Shown piece by piece: positions 48,556 through 57,576 of a stretch of 62,109 nucleotides of DNA (its first letter is position 1; each line of letters opens with the position of its first letter). The DNA is from Lentisphaeraceae bacterium (GTDB taxonomy: Bacteria > Verrucomicrobiota > Kiritimatiellia > RFP12 > UBA1067). Both the position numbers and the translations under genes were made by a program. Location of the stretch: assembly GCA_004551905.1 (NCBI GenBank), contig SFPL01000028.1, positions 1 through 62,109 of the forward strand, in the 5' to 3' direction. The notes under the pieces are model-generated. The model saw only the letters and a list, made by a program, of their open reading frames with translations, searched no databases and was not told where the DNA came from.

Positions 48556-48705
48556 TGTTGACTCCTTGATTTGACGTTCACGCTTCATTCCCCGTCTTTG
48601 ATGATCCCCTAAACCTTTAAGGGCCTCACTCATCGACTTCTCGTGAAGAGAACGCCGTGTATTGTATCACATTTCTTCGCTCCGAACAATTGGCAAATTC
48701 TAAAT

Positions 48706-50976
48706 TTATTTCAGCGCGAACACGTCTCCCCCCTTGGGGCCTTTCTCCACGGTCACGTCGCCACGGGCGATCATCGTCTCAAGCACGACCTTGAGATCGT
48801 CCTTCTTGATGCTCGAGAACCGCAGCAGATTGCGGTACGAGAGCCGGCCGCCGCGTGAAGAGATGTGTCGGACGATCCGCTTCATCTGCCGGTCGAACTC
48901 GCCGTCGTACACGTACTGCCCCGACTGGTAGAGCATCCGCCGCGTCGCGTGGAACACTATGCGGTGCGCCCACTCCACGTCCTCGCGGACGATGACGGGT
49001 GCGGACACGTTGCGAGAGATCGCCCGCACGAGCGCGAACTTCGACGCCTTCTCGGCGGCGCGAGCCCAGAGCGCGAGTGCACACTCGTTGCCCGTCTGCT
49101 CGAACATGGCGTACTGATCGTCAGCCTCCTTGCGCACGTCCTTCACGAGCAGCTTCGCCGCCGCCTCCATCGGAACCGTCCTCGGCTGCGGGAACTCGGA
49201 GAAGAGCGCGTTCTCGTGGCCGATCTTGATCAGCTCGGTGATGTCGCCCAAGACCCGCTCCGGGAAGTCCTCGGCGACCGCGTTGTTGTTCGCCTCGCTC
49301 CGCTTGCCCGCCTCGAGGACGAGGCAGCGGGCGAGGAGTCCGTTCGCCATGACGCGCTCGGAAAGTGCCGAATAGAAAAATTTTGGCACGGCAGTTCCAA
49401 GAAACGTGAGGTGCGGCTGGATGATGCACGACGAGGTGGCGGGCTGTCCTCGCTGCAACGCCTTCTTGCGCATGATGTGTACGCTCGACGATTCCGAGTA
49501 CATCCGCAGGAGCATCGAGTTGATCATCTCGGCGCGGGTGTCCTTCATCTTCACGGTGTTGAAGAGCGTATCGGCTTCATCGATCTGGAACAGCATACAC
49601 GGACTCTGCAGAAACGAGTCCTCCAAGCCCTCGCCAGATGCAAAGTAATCGCCCACCTCGCTTGCGAAGCCCTTGAGCGCGGCAAGCGAGACGTTCACGC
49701 CTCTGGGAAACGACTTGCCAGTACCCGACGCGGCGAGGGAGAGGAGGTACACGTTCGGGCGGGTCCCGAACTCGTCCATGTACTTGCGGCCCGAGAGGTG
49801 CGCGAGAAGCGCGAACGCGCCGGCGAACGCCAGCGGCTTCGACGGGTAGACGGAGGTGCGGAGCGTGTAGCCCGTCAGCTCGGACACGAAGCCAGGCACC
49901 TCGTAGAGTTCGTCTGGGATCATGCCCGGATCGGCGAACGTTTCCCGCTTCTCATCCGGCTCCTCGTCGCCGGATGTCGTAGCCGGTGTGCTTCCGTCGC
50001 TGCTACAGTCCGAAATCAGGGCCGAGAGATCCACATCGTCCCCGATGCTGTCCCGTGCGCCGTAGCCCATTTCGAGAAGCGCGGCGGTCGCGGCCGAGAA
50101 GTCGTTGCCATGTTCGAGGAGCGCGTACAGCTGAAAGGCGTTGTAGCCCCGGTTCGGCTCGAACGGGGCGGCGTTCGACGAGAACACGAAGAACACCCCG
50201 TCCTTCAAGGTCGCGGAGTGTCCGAGGCGGGGGTCTTTTCCGGGGCGCGTCCAGAGTTCGTTTCCGTCGCTCTTCGTACCCGAGTGCTGCCAGCCCCTGG
50301 CCGTCAGATACGGTCGCGGATCGCCCCGACTGGCGAAATCGTCGCCCGGTCGCGTGAGGAATCCGCCCTGCGTCGCCGCAGGGGCGGCCACGGCGGGCGC
50401 AGGTGCGCTTTCTCGCGGCGGGGCGGCCGGATGCTCGTCCAAGCCACGCGCCGCCGACAGGAGGGCTTCACGCGTCTCCGTGGCGAGGGTCGGGATGTGT
50501 GCAAAGTCGCCCTGTTCCAGCTGGTATCCCGGAGTTGGGGCGCAGAGGAAGAGTCCGCCCTCGCCACGGGTCTCGATCAAGGTCGCGATCTTGCCGTCGC
50601 GAAGCCCCTGGGCGAGCTTCTGATTGCCCTCGACCGCCGCCTCGGAGCGGAAGAGGACGTGCTTGCCGCCGGACGGTGTGCTTTCGACCACGAGCAGCGG
50701 CAGCACTTCGGGATCGACCTTCGCCGCCCACGCGGGGTAGGCCTCGCCCCTGCAGTCGAAGTCGATGCACTCGAGGTTCCCTGAAACGGCCCCCGCGATT
50801 ACACACAAGCCCTCGTGGCCGTTCGAGAACCACGCTTCGACCTCGATCTCGGTCGGGCGGCGCGTCTGCCACGTGCGCCACGATCCGACCGCCGGCCGCT
50901 TCTTCGCCTTGACGGCGGGGAGGACGGACAGCCCGGCCTTGAGGTAGCCGGCCGCCGTTTCGACGCTGATCCCCAT
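48706..50976 (-). CDS. bifunctional primase-polymerase (AEP Prim-Pol) with C-terminal P-loop (DUF3987-like) domain, 756 aa
   Basis: Start moved to MGISVETAAGYLKAGLSVLP. AEP motifs ECIDFD and TPSGGKHVLF. C-terminal Walker A LSLAASGTGKSF. Confidence 0.8.
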   Translation of the reverse strand: MGISVETAAGYLKAGLSVLPAVKAKKRPAVGSWRTWQTRRPTEIEVEAWFSNGHEGLCVIAGAVSGNLECIDFDCRGEAYPAWAAKVDPEVLPLLVVESTPSGGKHVLFRSEAAVEGNQKLAQGLRDGKIATLIETRGEGGLFLCAPTPGYQLEQGDFAHIPTLATETREALLSAARGLDEHPAAPPRESAPAPAVAAPAATQGGFLTRPGDDFASRGDPRPYLTARGWQHSGTKSDGNELWTRPGKDPRLGHSATLKDGVFFVFSSNAAPFEPNRGYNAFQLYALLEHGNDFSAATAALLEMGYGARDSIGDDVDLSALISDCSSDGSTPATTSGDEEPDEKRETFADPGMIPDELYEVPGFVSELTGYTLRTSVYPSKPLAFAGAFALLAHLSGRKYMDEFGTRPNVYLLSLAASGTGKSFPRGVNVSLAALKGFASEVGDYFASGEGLEDSFLQSPCMLFQIDEADTLFNTVKMKDTRAEMINSMLLRMYSESSSVHIMRKKALQRGQPATSSCIIQPHLTFLGTAVPKFFYSALSERVMANGLLARCLVLEAGKRSEANNNAVAEDFPERVLGDITELIKIGHENALFSEFPQPRTVPMEAAAKLLVKDVRKEADDQYAMFEQTGNECALALWARAAEKASKFALVRAISRNVSAPVIVREDVEWAHRIVFHATRRMLYQSGQYVYDGEFDRQMKRIVRHISSRGGRLSYRNLLRFSSIKKDDLKVVLETMIARGDVTVEKGPKGGDVFALK

Positions 50977-51089
50977 CAGACACCTCCACGGCGAAGGATG
51001 TCGCGGATGTCCCGAAGAGCGTCGGCCGCCTCGGTGAGCGGAATGGCGAGGATGATTGCTGCGATTACTATCGAAAGACACAAGAACAT
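50976..51089 (-). CDS. tiny membrane peptide, 37 aa (tentative)
   Basis: Hand translation: MFLCLSIVIAAIILAIPLTEAADALRDIRDILRRGGV. Its TGA shares one base with the primase ATG. Confidence 0.35.
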   Translation of the reverse strand: MFLCLSIVIAAIILAIPLTEAADALRDIRDILRRGGV

Positions 51090-51104
51090 GATATGGGTTC
51101 TCCT

Positions 51105-51341
51105 TTACCAGACGATTGTGTAGCGGATCTGCGCGAGTTCCTCGGCGACCTCAAGCTCCTCGCGGAGCCGGACGATCCCGTCCGCGTCGGACTTCGGTGA
51201 CCAGTGCTTCGGAAGGAACGTGCGCCCGCACACGCGGGAGAGCGGAACGGACTCCCGACGCTCCCTGCCGCCGAACACGTAGGGGCGGCACTTCAGCACG
51301 GGGAGCCGGCGTTTGCGGTAGAGCTTCCACACGCCTCTCAT
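51105..51341 (-). CDS. small basic protein, 78 aa
   Basis: Start moved to MRGVWKLYRKRRLPVLKC (AAAGGAG 7 nt upstream; ATGA overlap with the upstream stop). Confidence 0.5.
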   Translation of the reverse strand: MRGVWKLYRKRRLPVLKCRPYVFGGRERRESVPLSRVCGRTFLPKHWSPKSDADGIVRLREELEVAEELAQIRYTIVW

Positions 51342-51532
51342 CTGCCCGCTCCTTTCGGGCGCGGGCGGCACACGCCGATCTCGTCCTGCCGGATGGGATG
51401 GAATCCGGCGGGGATGAACCCGCCGTCATCGCCCCCGAAGGAGGCGTTCGGATGCCATTCGCCCTTGATGATTCGTGTCGGCCGGTTTCCGTAGAAGCCC
51501 GAGCCACGGTACTCTATCTTCGTCACGGTCAT
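51338..51532 (-). CDS. small protein, 64 aa
   Basis: Start moved to MTVTKIEYRGSGFYGNRPTR (ATG 51530-51532). Confidence 0.5.
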   Translation of the reverse strand: MTVTKIEYRGSGFYGNRPTRIIKGEWHPNASFGGDDGGFIPAGFHPIRQDEIGVCRPRPKGAGR

Positions 51533-51543
51533 GATGGTTATGT

Positions 51544-51768
51544 TTATTGCCCGTCCGGGCGGTTCTTCAGCCCGCGTCTCACCGCTTCGAGGGTGCAGCT
51601 CCACTGGGAGCTTGCGCCGGGATTGTCGATCCTCGCCGCGAAGCTGCACACGATCCAGAGAAAGATGCAGAGGACGAGGATCGCCAGCGCGTAGGGGATC
51701 GCCCTGTGCGCCAGCTCCGTCGCCCGCTCCCGCCAGTCCGGCGGCGTTTCGTATTCGTCGTATTCCAT
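51544..51768 (-). CDS. small membrane protein, 74 aa
   Basis: Start moved to MEYDEYETPPDW. Central helix AIPYALAILVLCIFLWIVCSFAA. Confidence 0.5.
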   Translation of the reverse strand: MEYDEYETPPDWRERATELAHRAIPYALAILVLCIFLWIVCSFAARIDNPGASSQWSCTLEAVRRGLKNRPDGQ

Positions 51769-51779
51769 GCGATTCCTCC

Positions 51780-53507
51780 TCAAAACGGCAGATCCGCGTA
51801 GTCCTCCGGATCGATGTCCTCGGTGTGCAACCAGGGGGAGCTTTCCGGCAGATCGCCGGGCGTAGACTTGATGATGTCGGGGAACCTCTCTCCAGCTACC
51901 CTGCGGATCGTGATGTCCTTCGTGCGCCTCACGCAGCCGCTGAACTCCGCTTCGAGGAACTCGTCCACGCTGCTGGGGACGGGAACCTCGTCGCCGGCCC
52001 TGCGGGCGAGGAACCATTGCTCGAACTTCCTGCGGGCGTAGCCCGTATGTTCGGGGCAAAGCCACTCGCTGTGCCGCTCGTTCAGTCCGCACCAGTAGGT
52101 GACGCGGACGGTACGCGGCGCACCGGGCGGCGCACCCCGCTTCGTCCACGGCTCGTAGTCAACGTCCGTGACCTCCAGCGTCTCGGTCGTGACCTCGCCG
52201 GAGATCACGCCGAGGGTCGATGCCTCGGCCTCGATGCGGATCTTCTTCTCCGGGGCGGGGAACTGGTAGCCGCACACGGGACACGTCATCACGGGGAGCG
52301 GCATCATCGTCTGGCACTCCGGGCAGGCCTTCGCCAGCGGGCCGCGCTTCTCCCCGGTGTGCTCCGAGGGCGGACGCAGCTGGTCGAGGCACCCGTGGCG
52401 GCTGATGTTGTTCGCGAAATCGAGTATGAGGCAGTCCTGCTTCCCCGTGTCCGGCGAGAGCCGCGTCCCGCGCCCGCACATCTGCAGGAGAAGCCCCGGA
52501 CTCATCGTCGGGCGCAGGAGCGCGACGCAGTCGATGTTCGGCGCGTCGAAGCCGGTCGTGAGGCACTCGACGTTCGCGACATACTTGAGCGGACCCTTGG
52601 TCGCGCCGAAGAGGTCGGTCTGTATCGAGCCGCCTTTGAAGCGGTGGAGGATCTCGGCCCGCTCGGGCGCGGGCGTGTCGCCCGTCACGACGGCGCACTC
52701 TTCGCCCGAATACTGGGCGATGAGCTGCGCGACCGTGCGGCTGTGCGCCACGGACGAGCAGAACACGATGACGCTCTTCCTGTCCCTCGTGAGTTCCACG
52801 ATCTCGCGGCAGGCACTCGCGACGATCCGCTGCTCCATCATCGCCGCCTCGACCTCCTCCGCGACGAACTCGCCGGCGCGGACGTGGATGTTGTCGAGGT
52901 TGGCGAGGGTCTTTCCGGACTTCGCCACGAGCTTCGAGAGGAAGCCCTTGTCGATCAGCTCCTTGAGGCCAATCGAATAGCAGATTTCGTTAAAGAGGTT
53001 CTGCGGCTGGCAGATGAGTCCGCCCTTGAGACGGTAAGGCGTGGCCGTCATGCCGACGAAACGGATCTTCGGGTTGATCTCGCGGAGACCGTCCACGAAC
53101 CGCCCGTACATACCCTCGTCGTTCGGCTGGATCATGTGCGCCTCGTCGACGATGCAGATGTCGCGATGTCCGAAGAGCTTCGCCTTGTTGTACACGCTCT
53201 GGATGCCCGCGACGATGGCGGGCTGGTCGGTGTCGTACCGCCCGAAGCCCGCCGAGTACATCCCCGACTTCACATCGGGCGAGAGGATGTTCAGCTTCTC
53301 CAAGTCCTGCTCGAGAAGCTCCTTCACGTGGCAGAGGAGGATGACGCGCCCGCCCCATGCCTTCACCACGTCGGACATGATCTGCGCGGCGATCCACGAC
53401 TTCCCGCCGCCGACGGACACGTCGATGCAGGGGTTCGTGTTCTTCTCGCGGAGGTGGCGGTACGTCGCCACGACCGCGTCGTGCTGGTAGTATCTTAATT
53501 CGGCCAT
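51780..53507 (-). CDS. SF2 DEAD/DEAH-box DNA helicase with zinc ribbon, 575 aa
   Basis: Walker A VSVGGGKSW, DEAH box CIVDEAHM, MTATP, helicase-C motif QMCGRGTR, CPECQ...CPVCG ribbon. Confidence 0.85.
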   Translation of the reverse strand: MAELRYYQHDAVVATYRHLREKNTNPCIDVSVGGGKSWIAAQIMSDVVKAWGGRVILLCHVKELLEQDLEKLNILSPDVKSGMYSAGFGRYDTDQPAIVAGIQSVYNKAKLFGHRDICIVDEAHMIQPNDEGMYGRFVDGLREINPKIRFVGMTATPYRLKGGLICQPQNLFNEICYSIGLKELIDKGFLSKLVAKSGKTLANLDNIHVRAGEFVAEEVEAAMMEQRIVASACREIVELTRDRKSVIVFCSSVAHSRTVAQLIAQYSGEECAVVTGDTPAPERAEILHRFKGGSIQTDLFGATKGPLKYVANVECLTTGFDAPNIDCVALLRPTMSPGLLLQMCGRGTRLSPDTGKQDCLILDFANNISRHGCLDQLRPPSEHTGEKRGPLAKACPECQTMMPLPVMTCPVCGYQFPAPEKKIRIEAEASTLGVISGEVTTETLEVTDVDYEPWTKRGAPPGAPRTVRVTYWCGLNERHSEWLCPEHTGYARRKFEQWFLARRAGDEVPVPSSVDEFLEAEFSGCVRRTKDITIRRVAGERFPDIIKSTPGDLPESSPWLHTEDIDPEDYADLPF

Positions 53508-53509
53508 GT

Positions 53510-53755
53510 TCAGTCCCTGACCGCGATGCCCGCGAAGAGCAGGCCGAACGCGAGGCGATCCTTCGTGATCGCGTATTCCTCATCGTCCATCTTGAGCGTT
53601 TCCATTATGTGCTTCCTGTCGAGTCCCCGCATCATGAGGAAGGCCATCAGAAGCATCCGACGGTCGTCGAGCGAGGACACGTAGCTGTTCACGAGATCGA
53701 TGCGGTGCCAGCGGTCAATCCGCCACTGGGGGCAGTCCCTGCTTCCTGCGGTCAT
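53510..53755 (-). CDS. small sigma-region-4-like / HTH regulator, 81 aa
   Basis: LDDRRMLLMAFLMMRGLDRKHIMETLKMDDEEYAITKDRL resembles a sigma70 region 4 or ArpU/RinA-type helix-turn-helix. Confidence 0.5.
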   Translation of the reverse strand: MTAGSRDCPQWRIDRWHRIDLVNSYVSSLDDRRMLLMAFLMMRGLDRKHIMETLKMDDEEYAITKDRLAFGLLFAGIAVRD

Positions 53756-54107
53756 ACTCTTCTTTCCTTTCGAGGAGGATGTAGGCCCTGCCGTCCGGCA
53801 CGGGCTCGAGCATCTCGACGTGGAGAACCTTGATCTGCGAATCGTCCCTCAACGCGCCCGCGTGGACGAGGGAGTCCTGCAGGCACTTGAGGCAGTTGTC
53901 CGCGTCCCGCCGGCGGCGGTCGGGCGGATAGAGGTGAACCGTGAGGGCGAGGTCGCCCTCAAGCGGCTCGATCCCGCCGAGCCGCGACACCGTCATCATC
54001 CGGTACCGTCTGCCCTCGCGGCTGATAAGCACACGCGGGCCGACGTGCCGGTAGTAGGTGTTCACGCTCGGCGGGAACCCCAGCACGATCTCGTGCCTCG
54101 TCACCAC
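53715..54107 (-). CDS. rusA: RusA-type Holliday junction resolvase, 130 aa
   Basis: GTG start overlapping the upstream stop. GFPPSVNTYYRH...RRRDADNCLKCLQDSLVHAGALRDDSQI is the RusA PPSxNxYY...DxDN...KxxxD signature. Confidence 0.75.
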   Translation of the reverse strand: MVTRHEIVLGFPPSVNTYYRHVGPRVLISREGRRYRMMTVSRLGGIEPLEGDLALTVHLYPPDRRRRDADNCLKCLQDSLVHAGALRDDSQIKVLHVEMLEPVPDGRAYILLERKEEYDRRKQGLPPVAD

Positions 54108-54577
54108 GGGCGGCCGCCGGCGGAGGTGGGCTGTGCGGGGGAGGACGGCGTGGGGGCGGCGGGCTGCGCCGCAGGGGCGGCCGCACCTTCCTTTGCCTTC
54201 CAGCCCTTGATCTCGTTCTGCATCCCGTTGCGGCCCTCGACCTGGACGACATGGACGATCATCGGGATGTTGTGCAGCTCCTCCTTGCACTTCGGGCGCA
54301 GAACGCCCGTCGCATGACATATGCTCGAGAGCTCTCTTTTGGCCATTTCGACCGCAGCCGAACTCGGGTTCTTGAGGTTGAGACGCGCCCAGAGGACGCG
54401 CTTGGCGTATTCGCCCGCCACGACCTGGCATTGCAGTTCGAGGTACGAGCCGTTGCCCGTCTTCGTCGGCTTGTTCGTCGACTTGACGATCACGACCTCG
54501 TAGTCGCCCTCCGGGATCGGGGTGAAGCCGCTGTCCAGCGGATCGACCGTGGTCGCGTCAAAGAAACATTCTTCCAT
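54101..54577 (-). CDS. DUF669-family protein (SSB-position partner of Sak4-type ATPase), 158 aa
   Basis: FDATTVDPLDSGFTPIPEGDYEVVIV...GNGSYLELQCQVVAGEYAKRVLWARLNLKNP matches my memory of DUF669. Adjacent to the AAA_24 gene, as usual. Confidence 0.65.
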   Translation of the reverse strand: MEECFFDATTVDPLDSGFTPIPEGDYEVVIVKSTNKPTKTGNGSYLELQCQVVAGEYAKRVLWARLNLKNPSSAAVEMAKRELSSICHATGVLRPKCKEELHNIPMIVHVVQVEGRNGMQNEIKGWKAKEGAAAPAAQPAAPTPSSPAQPTSAGGRPW

Positions 54578-54581
54578 TTGA

Positions 54582-54779
54582 TTACTCCTGTGTTTTCTTG
54601 TTGTCGTGGCTGTTGTTGAATTTCCCGCCGTGCCAGCGTCCCCGACCGGGGCAGACGATGTGCGTCACATACGTCTTGTGCGGATAGGTTCGCTGGACGG
54701 CGGTTTCCCCGATGCGGAGCGTCCGGCCACAGCGGTCGCAGGGCATGGGAAATTCGACGGTGAACTTACGACCCACCAT
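54582..54779 (-). CDS. small zinc-ribbon-like protein, 65 aa
   Basis: MVGRKFTVEFPMPCDRCGRTL...HIVCPGRG. ATG 54777-54779. Confidence 0.5.
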   Translation of the reverse strand: MVGRKFTVEFPMPCDRCGRTLRIGETAVQRTYPHKTYVTHIVCPGRGRWHGGKFNNSHDNKKTQE

Positions 54780-55527
54780 TCGCTCCGCTCCCCGACTTCA
54801 TGGCGGTCACGAACGCGTCCCATGTGAACGGGAGCGGGCCTGCGGGAATGCCGTAGCGGTTCTTCGCGAGGAGGCGCGTGTCGCCCACGCAGTACATCTC
54901 GCGGTCGCCGCCGTTCTTGCCGATGACGATCTTGCCGCCGGACGCATCCTCCATCGTGCGGATCTTCGCGTAGGCGACGATGTCGTTCCACTCGACCACC
55001 CAGTCGCGGATCGCGGCGATGAGACGCGGCGCGGTGCGGCGGTCGGTCGTGCCGTCCGTGTACTTCACCGTCTCGTCGTGCGAGTGCGCGATCTGGATGA
55101 TGCACATATTGCGCTTCTGGCGGATCTCGTCGAGGAGCGAGTACACGTCCTTGCGGAACTGCACGAGCGCGGCATCCGGGCCACGGTTATATCCCCCATA
55201 CGCTGCGGTCAGGAACTTCGCGCCCGCCGCCGCGCACACGCCGTCTGACACGACGTTCTGCAGGGCGGAGAGCGAGTCGATGACGAGCGTCTGGAAATCG
55301 TGTTCCTCATTCAAAACCGCCTTCAAATCTGCGATGAGCGTCGCGAAGTCCTTGACGTGCGGGAACTTGGTGCAACTGATCTGGTCGAGGCCGTCCTCGA
55401 GCGGAATGAAAACCGGCTTCGGCGCGGTCGCAGCGAACGAGCTCTTGCCCACTCCGGGGTCGGAATAGATGAGAACCCTTGGAGGCGCGGGCGTCTTGCC
55501 GGTGGTGAGTTTCTGCAACAGAGACAT
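54766..55527 (-). CDS. Sak4-like RecA-fold ATPase (AAA_24), 253 aa
   Basis: RVLIYSDPGVGKSSFA (Walker A) and TLVIDSLS (Walker B). Size and neighbourhood (exonuclease, DUF669) are typical. Confidence 0.75.
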   Translation of the reverse strand: MSLLQKLTTGKTPAPPRVLIYSDPGVGKSSFAATAPKPVFIPLEDGLDQISCTKFPHVKDFATLIADLKAVLNEEHDFQTLVIDSLSALQNVVSDGVCAAAGAKFLTAAYGGYNRGPDAALVQFRKDVYSLLDEIRQKRNMCIIQIAHSHDETVKYTDGTTDRRTAPRLIAAIRDWVVEWNDIVAYAKIRTMEDASGGKIVIGKNGGDREMYCVGDTRLLAKNRYGIPAGPLPFTWDAFVTAMKSGSGANGGS

Positions 55528-55557
55528 GATGTGTCCTTTCTTTTTTCGAGTTGGTGA

Positions 55558-56472
55558 TCAGAGCTTGTCGATGAGCTGCGTTTCCTCGAAGCGCGTCGGG
55601 AACACCCCCGAATCGCGGCAGTTCGCGAACTCGCACAGCGTCTCGCGGTTGATGGCCTCGGCCTGGTCGAGAACCTCCTCCGAGAACTTGAACACGCCCA
55701 CGGTGAACGGGGCTTTTTTCTCGACTGCGACCAGATAGACCGGGTACTTCTTTCCGCTCTTGATTTCGAGAAGCTTCCGATACCAGGCCATCTGATAGGC
55801 GTAGCCGAAATCGTGTGCCGCCTTGGAGAACCACTTGAGATCGTCACCATGCGTCTTGAGGTCGACGATGCCGTAGTCGGGATTGAACCAGTCGAGACGC
55901 GCCTGCGAGGGAACGTCGACTTCGCCTTCTTCGAGACGAATGGTGTTCTCGGGCGACCCGTTTGCGAGAAGCTCGTGCGCTTCGCCGTGACTCCAGACGC
56001 TCTCCGCCATGCCCTCGATGAGGCCGAAGTCGTGCGTCGAGACAATCTCCTTCGTCTGCTCGGAGAGGAACTGCTGGTACTTGGCGGTTGCCTTCCCATA
56101 GGGTGCGCCGGTCTTGTCGTTGATCGGGCCGTCGCTCACGAGGTAGCGATTCTGCCACATCTCCGTCGGCTCGAGCGTGAAGCAATGCACAGCTCGGCCG
56201 AACGCCAATGCGGGCGACTCCGTGCGTGGGAGCTTGCCTTTCATCATCAGCTCGAACGTGCGGGGGTTGTCCCTGAACACAGCGAGGTTGTGGGAACTCA
56301 TGTAGCCGCCCCCGTTGCCGAGTGCGCCCGCATGGTACGATTTCTCATCGAGGTCGATGAACCAGTTGGTTTTCACTTGTTTTCCTTTCTCGTTCGGGCG
56401 AGGGAGAACCGCCTCTCTCGCCCACGGTGATGTTTGTTGCCAAGCGTTTGGAAAGTTCCGTAAACTTTTCAC
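55558..56472 (-). CDS. PD-(D/E)xK exonuclease (RecB/Cas4-like recombination exonuclease), 304 aa
   Basis: GTG start in GTGA overlap with the upstream stop. ...GRAVHCFTLE...ARLDWFNPDYGIVDLKTHGD...Y..Q gives the D...D/ExK...QxxxY order. Confidence 0.75.
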   Translation of the reverse strand: MKSLRNFPNAWQQTSPWAREAVLPRPNEKGKQVKTNWFIDLDEKSYHAGALGNGGGYMSSHNLAVFRDNPRTFELMMKGKLPRTESPALAFGRAVHCFTLEPTEMWQNRYLVSDGPINDKTGAPYGKATAKYQQFLSEQTKEIVSTHDFGLIEGMAESVWSHGEAHELLANGSPENTIRLEEGEVDVPSQARLDWFNPDYGIVDLKTHGDDLKWFSKAAHDFGYAYQMAWYRKLLEIKSGKKYPVYLVAVEKKAPFTVGVFKFSEEVLDQAEAINRETLCEFANCRDSGVFPTRFEETQLIDKL

Positions 56473-57062
56473 CGCCCGTAGTCGTAGATCTTCTTGACGG
56501 CCTCCTTGGTCGCCGGCCAGATTACGTCGTACAGCTCCCAGTCCGCAACGCCGATCATCGGCGCGATGTCGGAGAGCTTGTAGCCCTGGCGGCGGAGAGA
56601 GAACACGCGGGCGTAGAGGCGGTTCGTGCGGCGGAGGATGCGGATGATGTCGGCGAAATCCATGCGGTCGATGGCCTGCTCGACGGTGTTGCGCGTCTCG
56701 ACCATAGAAGCGACGTGCGACGGAGCATCGTCATCGCCGTTGACGGGGCGGTCGCACGAGACGGTCACGCTCTCGATTTCGATCACGCGGGCGTAGTCGC
56801 GGATGTAGTGCTTGAACTCGCTCACGATGAACATATCCGCGTAGGTCTCGTAGGAGCAGCGGTCGTTGTCCTTGAACTTCGCGTAGGCCTTCATGACCGC
56901 GCCGGCGAGGCGGCTGGTGATGTCGTTCCTGCGGTATTCGCGCTTTTCCTCGTTCGTGAAGTCCTTGAACATCCCCATGAGGGTGTGGGTCTTCGCGTTG
57001 ATGTCCTCGGCCACCTTGACCGTGATCGGGTTTGCGGGGCGGGTGAACTTGTGCTTCTTCAT
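56469..57062 (-). CDS. phage sigma-70-family (ECF-sized) factor candidate, 197 aa
   Basis: Region-2-like SYETYADMFIVSEFKHYIRDYAR. Region-4-like RLYARVFSLRRQGYKLSDIAPMIGVADWELYDVIWPATKEAVKKI. First gene of the leftward early operon. Confidence 0.6.
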   Translation of the reverse strand: MKKHKFTRPANPITVKVAEDINAKTHTLMGMFKDFTNEEKREYRRNDITSRLAGAVMKAYAKFKDNDRCSYETYADMFIVSEFKHYIRDYARVIEIESVTVSCDRPVNGDDDAPSHVASMVETRNTVEQAIDRMDFADIIRILRRTNRLYARVFSLRRQGYKLSDIAPMIGVADWELYDVIWPATKEAVKKIYDYGR

Positions 57063-57139
57063 TTGGCTTGTCCTTTTTTTTCGCCCCGGAGCACCATGCT
57101 CAAGGGCCTAATTACCGCCGAGGCGGTCAAGGACAAGTC

Positions 57140-57156
57140 GGACATTTTCAATGTCC
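57140..57156. promoter_or_regulatory. palindromic operator candidate GGACATT-TTC-AATGTCC
   Basis: Perfect 7-bp inverted repeat. Related half-sites GGACATTT (57255-57262) and AAATGTCC (57287-57294) lie nearby. Confidence 0.45.
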
Positions 57157-57174
57157 AGATGGGGGATACCCATG

Positions 57175-57231
57175 CCGATATAAGACGGTCCACATACCCC
57201 CTACGGGGGTATGTGGACCGTCTTATGTCGG
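57175..57231. repeat. long perfect palindrome (22-bp arms, 3-nt loop)
   Basis: ATAAGACGGTCCACATACCCCC-TAC-GGGGGTATGTGGACCGTCTTAT (57180-57226). Pairing extends to 57175/57231 with one G-T. Confidence 0.85.
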
Positions 57232-57422
57232 TCATGTGTATGGGAGGGGAAAGAGGACATTTAGGACGTGGACAAAATCCGTTTTCAAATGTCCACCGCG
57301 TCCTACCGTGATTTCCACAACGCCAGTTAGTTGTCTAAATCCGATGTTTATAACTTGTCGATATTGGTAGAAACACTTTTTACGGCTTTTCAAAATACCC
57401 CATTGTACTACGCGGATAGTTT

Positions 57423-57431
57423 TGCTATAAT
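57423..57431 (+). promoter_or_regulatory. extended -10 (TGCTATAAT) for the rightward operon
   Basis: TTTTGCTATAATG lies 37 nt upstream of the small ORF at 57468 and 146 nt upstream of 57577. Confidence 0.45.
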
Positions 57432-57467
57432 GTTGCGCATAGGGCAAACCAGGAAAGGAAAATCGCT

Positions 57468-57566
57468 ATGGACTTTGCGGAAAAACTGAAATGGATCAAT
57501 CCGGCCGACTGCATTGCAGTTGGTCTTTCGCGGCATAATCGCCGCTTCGCAAACCCAAAGGCGTAA
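57468..57566 (+). CDS. possible leader peptide or small protein, 32 aa
   Basis: AGGAAAGGAAAATCGCT-ATG. MDFAEKLKWINPADCIAVGLSRHNRRFANPKA. Stop lies 10 nt before the next gene's ATG, overlapping its AAGGAG. Confidence 0.25.
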   Translation: MDFAEKLKWINPADCIAVGLSRHNRRFANPKA

Positions 57567-57576
57567 GGAGCGAATC

